Origin: an uncultured Gemmatimonadales bacterium
GTDB taxonomy: Bacteria; Gemmatimonadota; Gemmatimonadetes; Gemmatimonadales; GWC2-71-9
Assembly (NCBI GenBank): GCA_963795085.1
Contig: CAWCFX010000001.1
Location: 384,001 to 448,000, forward strand
Length of the DNA: 64,000 nt
Reading direction: 5' to 3'
Numbering within the stretch: the stretch's first letter is position 1; every line of letters begins with the position of its first letter. The position numbers and the translations under genes are program-made. This document shows, piece by piece, positions 58,791-64,000 of the stretch. The notes under the pieces were generated by a model. The model was not told the DNA's origin, did not search any database, and saw only the letters and a program-made list of their open reading frames with translations.

Positions 58791-59921
58791 ATGCCGAGTA
58801 AACCCCGTTCGCGAGGCGGCCGTTCCGGGCAGGTCCGGTACGCCGTGGTCGGCCTGGGTCATATTGCCCAGGTCGCTGTGCTCCCGGCGTTCGCGCATGC
58901 CAAGACCCGGGCCCGGCTCGCGGCCCTGGTCTCCGATGACCCGGAAAAACTCCAGAAACTGGGGGACCGCTACGGGGTGGACCGGCGCGTCGCCTACGAC
59001 GGCTACGACGAGCTGCTGCGCAGCGGCGAGGTGGACGCGGTCTATATCGCCCTGCCCAATCACCTGCATCGCGAGTACACCGAGCGGGCCGCGGCCGCGG
59101 GCATCCACGTCCTGTGCGAAAAACCGATGGCCGTCACCGAACAGGATTGCCGGGCCATGATCCGGGCCTGCCAGGAAAACCAGGTGCGGCTGATGATCGC
59201 CTACCGGCTGCATTTCGAGCCGGCCAACCTGCGGGCCGCCGAACTGGTGCAGGACGGCAGCCTGGGCGATGTCCGGATCTTCAACTCGGTGTTCACCATG
59301 CAGGTGCGGGAGGGCGATATCCGGTTGCGGCAGGAGACCGGGGGCGGAACCCTCTACGATATCGGCATTTACTGCCTTAATGCGGCGCGGTATCTCTTTC
59401 GCGCCGAGCCGGTGGAGGTGTTCGCTTTCGCGGCCAGCACGGGGGAAACCCGCTTCCGGGAAGTGGACGAAATGACCACGGCGGTGCTTCGCTATCCGGA
59501 CGAGCGGGTCGCCTCCTTCACCGTCAGTTTCGGAGCCGGCGATGTGTCCAGCTACCGGCTGGTGGGGAGCGAGGGAAGCCTTCGGGTCGAGCCCGCCTAC
59601 GAGTACGCGGGGCCGCTCAAGCACTTTCTGACCCGGGGCGACCAGACGAAGCAGCAGACCTTCCGGAAACGGGACCAGTTTGCGGCGGAACTGGATTACT
59701 TCTCCCGCTGTGTCCTCGAGGGGACCGAGCCGGAGCCATCGGGCGCTGAAGGGCTGGCGGACGTCCAGATCATCGAAGCGTTGTTGCGCTCGGCCCAGAC
59801 CGGCCGACCGGTAAGCCTGGACATCGAATCCGACGTCCCGCCGGGCCGGGACCAGGAATACCACAAGCCGTCGACCAGGAAGCCGGCACTGGTCAACACG
59901 AAGTCTCCTTCCCTGGATTAG
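58791..59921 (+). CDS. Gfo/Idh/MocA oxidoreductase (glucose-fructose oxidoreductase-like)
   Basis: YAVVGLGHIA, HVLCEKPM, GGGTLYDIGIY. Confidence 0.93.
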   Translation: MPSKPRSRGGRSGQVRYAVVGLGHIAQVAVLPAFAHAKTRARLAALVSDDPEKLQKLGDRYGVDRRVAYDGYDELLRSGEVDAVYIALPNHLHREYTERAAAAGIHVLCEKPMAVTEQDCRAMIRACQENQVRLMIAYRLHFEPANLRAAELVQDGSLGDVRIFNSVFTMQVREGDIRLRQETGGGTLYDIGIYCLNAARYLFRAEPVEVFAFAASTGETRFREVDEMTTAVLRYPDERVASFTVSFGAGDVSSYRLVGSEGSLRVEPAYEYAGPLKHFLTRGDQTKQQTFRKRDQFAAELDYFSRCVLEGTEPEPSGAEGLADVQIIEALLRSAQTGRPVSLDIESDVPPGRDQEYHKPSTRKPALVNTKSPSLD

Positions 59922-59962
59922 GACACTTGGGGGGAGGATGGCTGCTGGCGCCACCCGCGACG

Positions 59963-59978
59963 TGGCGTGGGGCTTGCA
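59963..59978 (+). promoter_or_regulatory. Putative sigma-54 (-24/-12) promoter
   Basis: TGGCGTGGGGCTTGCA = TGGC-N7-TTGCA, 30 bp before the fasciclin ATG. Confidence 0.6.
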
Positions 59979-60008
59979 ACGGGTGTTCCCGGCTTTCAAG
60001 GAGGCGTT

Positions 60009-60560
60009 ATGCGACTGCCGATCATTGCCATCGGGATTTCCCTGCTCACGGCGGCGACGCTGCCGGCGACCGCGCAGCAGCGGGGCAACAAGGACTTGAT
60101 TCTTACCCTCAGAACCGCGGGGAACTTTACTGTCTTTCTCCAGGCGGTCGAAGGGGCCGGCATGACCCAGCAGCTTCGGGGCGGGGCGCAGTACACCATC
60201 TTTGCCCCCACCGACGATGCCTTTGGCCGGCTCTCGGGGGCGCACCGGGATTCCCTGCTTCGTGATCCGGCGGCACTCCAGGCACTGGTCGCGAACCACG
60301 TGGTCGAAGGCCGGGTGACCGCAGAGGAGGCCCGGTCGGGTCAGGGGATGAGTTTCCTGGGCGGAACCGCGGTCCGGGTGGACGGCTCGGGGCGGTATGT
60401 CCGGGTCAACGGCGCCCAGGTGATCAAGGCCGACATGCTGGCCAGCAACGGAATCATCCACGTCGTGGACCAGGTATGGACCCCCCCGCTCAGGGTGCGG
60501 GTCCGGGGCACCACGCCCGCCGATTCCGCCCAACGGGCGAGCTCCCCGCCCGGGAACTAG
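60009..60560 (+). CDS. Secreted fasciclin-domain protein
   Basis: Signal peptide; YTIFAPTDDAF, ASNGIIHVVDQV; AAGGAGG RBS. Confidence 0.92.
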   Translation: MRLPIIAIGISLLTAATLPATAQQRGNKDLILTLRTAGNFTVFLQAVEGAGMTQQLRGGAQYTIFAPTDDAFGRLSGAHRDSLLRDPAALQALVANHVVEGRVTAEEARSGQGMSFLGGTAVRVDGSGRYVRVNGAQVIKADMLASNGIIHVVDQVWTPPLRVRVRGTTPADSAQRASSPPGN

Positions 60561-60573
60561 TCCCCGATCCATT

Positions 60574-60599
60574 GGCCCGGCTTGCTGCCGGGCCTTTTT
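60574..60599 (+). terminator. Intrinsic terminator
   Basis: GGCCCGGC-TTGCT-GCCGGGCC followed by T5. Confidence 0.75.
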
Positions 60600-60647
60600 C
60601 GTTCCCCGCCTTCCGCGCTCCGGGGGAATCCCTATTATTCCGGTACC

Positions 60648-61391
60648 ATGTTCCCGTACCGCGACGAGAATCCCCAGTTCAAGACGCCGCTCGTGACGAT
60701 CGGGTTCATCACCGTCAACGTACTGGCGTGGGTGTTCGTGCAGGGCATGGGGGCCGAGCCGTCGCTCTCGGCGTCGGTCTGCCGGCTGGGGCTCATTCCC
60801 GCGGATTTCCTGGAGCGGGTCAACGGGGAAGTGACCATTCCGATGAGCCGCGAGCTGGCCTGCATCATCACCGGCGAGCGGCAATGGTACACGCCGCTTT
60901 CCTCCATGTTCATGCATGGAAGCTGGCTCCACCTGATCGGGAACATGTGGTTCCTCTGGGTCTTTGGAAACAACGTGGAAGACTCGATGGGCCACCCGCG
61001 CTACGCCGCGTTCTACCTGCTCTGCGGCCTGGCGGCCGCCACGGCCCAGACCGTGACCGACCCGAGCTCCCTGATCCCCATGGTTGGCGCCTCGGGCGCC
61101 ATTGGCGGCGTCATGGGGGCGTACATCGTCCTGTACCCGCGGGTCCGGGTGCACATGCTCGTCTTCCTTGGATTCTACATCACCACTATCGTGGTGCCCG
61201 CGTTCGTCATGCTGGGATACTGGTTCCTGCTCCAGCTGCTGAGCGGCCTGCCCTCCCTGGGAAGCAAGGAAGGCGGGGTCGCCTTCTGGGCCCACGTGGG
61301 CGGGTTCGTGGCCGGCGCGGTCCTGGTCCTTCTCTTTCGCAACCGCGAACTGGTGGAACGGCACCGGCTTGCCCGGCTGGCCGCCCGATGA
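60648..61391 (+). CDS. Rhomboid-family intramembrane serine protease
   Basis: SMFMHGSWLHLIGNM, GASG, AHVGGF. Confidence 0.94.
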   Translation: MFPYRDENPQFKTPLVTIGFITVNVLAWVFVQGMGAEPSLSASVCRLGLIPADFLERVNGEVTIPMSRELACIITGERQWYTPLSSMFMHGSWLHLIGNMWFLWVFGNNVEDSMGHPRYAAFYLLCGLAAATAQTVTDPSSLIPMVGASGAIGGVMGAYIVLYPRVRVHMLVFLGFYITTIVVPAFVMLGYWFLLQLLSGLPSLGSKEGGVAFWAHVGGFVAGAVLVLLFRNRELVERHRLARLAAR

Positions 61392-62392
61392 GCGGCTCCG
61401 CTCCGACCGGCTCGGCCGCGGTGGCCGCCCCCGCCTTGGCGCCGCTGCTTCGCAACCCGGGAACCGGGCTGGACCCGGGCTGGATCCGGGAGATCCGGGT
61501 GAACCGGAGCGCGGTGGAGCGGCGCGCTTCGACCCTGGTCAAACGGCGGACGGTGAAGAAAGAATGGCAGGCCGCCTGGCTGCTCCGGGCGGTCACCTGC
61601 ATGGATCTCACGACCCTGGCGGGAGACGACACCGCAGGCCGGGTCCGGCGGCTCTGCGCCAAGGCGCGCCGGCCGGTGCGGCAGGAGCTGCTCGATGACC
61701 TGGGTGCCGGCGCCCTGCCGATCCGGGTGGCCGCCGTTTGCGTGTACCACGCCATGGTGCCGGCGGCGGTCGAAGCGCTCGCGGGCTCCGGGATCCCGGT
61801 GGCCGCGGTCTCCACCGGGTTCCCGGCCGGGCTCTCACCCTTCGCGACTCGGCTGGCGGAGATCAAGGCCTCGGTGGCCGCGGGCGCCGCCGAGATCGAC
61901 ATCGTGGTCACCCGCGCCCACGTGCTCACCCAGAACTGGCAGGCCCTCTACGACGAGGTGGGCGCCTTCCGGGAGGCCTGTGGCGACGCCCACATCAAGA
62001 CGATCCTGGCCACCGGCGAACTGGGAACTTTCAGGAACGTCGCCCGGGCCAGTGCCGTGTGTATGATGGCGGGGGCCGACTTCATCAAGACCTCCACCGG
62101 CAAGGAAACCGTCAATGCCACGCTGCCGGTCGGGTTGGTGATGGCCCGGGCCATCCGGGAGTACCGGGAACGCACCGGTTTTCTGGTCGGACTCAAACCG
62201 GCCGGCGGCATCCGTACCGCCCGGGAATCGCTCGACTGGCTGGCGCTGATGAAGGAAGAACTGGGCGACCGCTGGCTCCGCTCCGACCTCTTCCGGTTCG
62301 GCGCGAGTTCGCTTCTCGGCGACATCGAACGCCAGCTCGAACACTTCGCCACCGGCAGGTACTCGGCGGGCTATCGGCATCCGATGGCCTAG
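61388..62392 (+). CDS. deoC: Deoxyribose-phosphate aldolase
   Basis: MDLTTL, GFPAG, EIDIV, DFIKTSTGK, KPAGGIR, RFGASSL. Confidence 0.95.
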   Translation: MSGSAPTGSAAVAAPALAPLLRNPGTGLDPGWIREIRVNRSAVERRASTLVKRRTVKKEWQAAWLLRAVTCMDLTTLAGDDTAGRVRRLCAKARRPVRQELLDDLGAGALPIRVAAVCVYHAMVPAAVEALAGSGIPVAAVSTGFPAGLSPFATRLAEIKASVAAGAAEIDIVVTRAHVLTQNWQALYDEVGAFREACGDAHIKTILATGELGTFRNVARASAVCMMAGADFIKTSTGKETVNATLPVGLVMARAIREYRERTGFLVGLKPAGGIRTARESLDWLALMKEELGDRWLRSDLFRFGASSLLGDIERQLEHFATGRYSAGYRHPMA

Positions 62393-62459
62393 GCGGACGG
62401 CAGCATCGCGGTTTCAGATGGCAGGTGGAGCGGAAGCGCACATTCCTTTGAGAGGACAC

Positions 62460-64000
62460 ATGGCCTCGATACCGGAAATCTTCGAGACGATGGCCTGGGG
62501 CCCGGCGCCGGAGGCGGAGGGGCCGGCGGCCGAATGGCTCGACCGGCACGGCCGGGAATTCGGGCTCTTCATCAACGGAGCGTGGGATGCGCCGGCGGCG
62601 GGCGCGCGGTTCGACACGGTGAACCCGGCGACGGCCAGGCCGCTGGCCCGGGTGGCGCAGGCCGGCGATGCCGATGTGGGCCGGGCGGTCGAGGCCGCCC
62701 GGGCGGCACTCTCTCCCTGGCAGGCGATCGGCGGCCATGCCCGGGCCCGCTATCTCTATGCCCTGGCGCGGCAGGTTCAGAAACACTCCCGGCTCTTCGC
62801 GGTGCTGGAGTCGCTGGACAACGGCAAGCCGATCCGGGAATCGCGGGATATCGACATCCCCCTGGTGGCCCGCCATTTCTACTACCACGCCGGCTGGGCC
62901 CAGCTCATGGAGCGGGAGCTGCCCGGGTACGGCCCGGTGGGCGTGATCGGCCAGATCATCCCGTGGAACTTTCCGCTGCTCATGCTGTCCTGGAAGATTG
63001 CCCCCGCCCTGGCGATGGGGAACACCGTGGTGCTCAAGCCGGCCGAGTTCACGTCGCTGACCGCACTGCTGTTCGCCGATATCTGCGCCGAGGCCGGCCT
63101 GCCGCGGGGCGTCGTCAACATCGTGACCGGCGACGGGCGTACGGGCGAGGCGCTCGTCAGGCATCCCGGCGTGGACAAGATCGCCTTCACCGGGTCCACC
63201 GATGTGGGCCGCATCATCCGCACGGCCACCGCGGGCACCGGCAAGAAGCTGTCGCTCGAACTGGGAGGCAAGTCGCCCTTTATCGTGTTCGAGGATGCCG
63301 ATCTCGACAGCGTGGTCGAGGGCGTGGTGGATGCCATCTGGTTCAACCAGGGGCAGGTGTGCTGCGCCGGGTCCCGGATCCTGGCCCAGGAGGGCATTGC
63401 CGAGCGGCTGATTGCCAAGCTCAAGGCGCGGATGGAAACGCTCCGGGTCGGCAATTCGCTCGACAAGGCGGTGGACATCGGCGCCATCATCGCGCCGGTG
63501 CAGCTGGACAAGATCCGGGACCTGGTGCAGCAGGGGGCGAAGGAAGGGGCCGCGATGTGGCAGCCCTCCTGGAGCTGCCCCGCCGAAGGGTACTTCTATC
63601 CGCCCACGCTGTTCACCGACGTGGCGCCGTCCTCGACCGTTGCCCAGGTCGAAATTTTCGGGCCGGTGGTGGTGCTGATGACCTTCCGGACTCCGGAGGA
63701 ATCGGTGGAGCTGGCCAACAATACCCGGTACGGACTGGCGGCCAGCCTGTGGACCGAGAACATCAACCTTGCCCTGGATATCGCCCCCAAGGTGAAAGCC
63801 GGCACGGTCTGGATCAACTGCACCAATGTCTTTGACGCGGCGGCGGGGTTCGGGGGATACCGGGAGAGTGGGTTCGGACGGGAAGGAGGGAAGGAGGGGC
63901 TGTGGGAATACCTGGCGGCCAGGGGGTCGGAGGGCAGGGTGGCCGAAACGGCAGCAATCCCCGCTGCTTCGGCGAGTCCCCAAGCCTCAATGGTGTCCAC
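62460..64000 (+). CDS. Aldehyde dehydrogenase, runs off the window end
   Basis: Not in ORF track (no stop in window); MASIPEIFETM...IIPWNFP, LKPAE, FTGST, LELGGKSP, NQGQVCCAG, EIFGPV. Confidence 0.95.
   Translation, partial: MASIPEIFETMAWGPAPEAEGPAAEWLDRHGREFGLFINGAWDAPAAGARFDTVNPATARPLARVAQAGDADVGRAVEAARAALSPWQAIGGHARARYLYALARQVQKHSRLFAVLESLDNGKPIRESRDIDIPLVARHFYYHAGWAQLMERELPGYGPVGVIGQIIPWNFPLLMLSWKIAPALAMGNTVVLKPAEFTSLTALLFADICAEAGLPRGVVNIVTGDGRTGEALVRHPGVDKIAFTGSTDVGRIIRTATAGTGKKLSLELGGKSPFIVFEDADLDSVVEGVVDAIWFNQGQVCCAGSRILAQEGIAERLIAKLKARMETLRVGNSLDKAVDIGAIIAPVQLDKIRDLVQQGAKEGAAMWQPSWSCPAEGYFYPPTLFTDVAPSSTVAQVEIFGPVVVLMTFRTPEESVELANNTRYGLAASLWTENINLALDIAPKVKAGTVWINCTNVFDAAAGFGGYRESGFGREGGKEGLWEYLAARGSEGRVAETAAIPAASASPQASMVS

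Overview
GC-rich bacterial chromosomal segment, probably Gemmatimonadota (inferred from gene content and style, not proven). Housekeeping genes: tig-clpP-clpX-engB, dnaK, a DegP/HtrA protease, hutU-hutI, nfo, deoC plus an aldehyde dehydrogenase. Signalling genes: an FHA-GAF adenylate/guanylate cyclase, a PilB/GspE ATPase fused to a receiver domain, a hybrid histidine kinase. Other clusters: a Fur-box-preceded flavinylation cluster (ApbE, porin, FMN-binding protein, cytochrome b-like protein), a LacI-controlled putative beta-1,2-glucan utilisation locus, and a general-stress cluster. A 5,993-bp AT-richer island sits in tRNA-Leu(TAG) and, unusually, duplicates the 5' half of the tRNA; it carries an AraC-like/lipoprotein/DUF4249-like/TonB-receptor module between IS3 remnants. 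The most striking unexplained structure is non-coding: three arrays of a covarying hairpin element with variable loops, two other inverted-repeat element types, a 10-copy 43-bp array with shuffled variant cassettes, and 7-, 8- and 9-mer tandem repeats starting at or near stop codons. No CRISPR-Cas, integrase or intact transposase is visible. All calls are by eye; no database searches were run.
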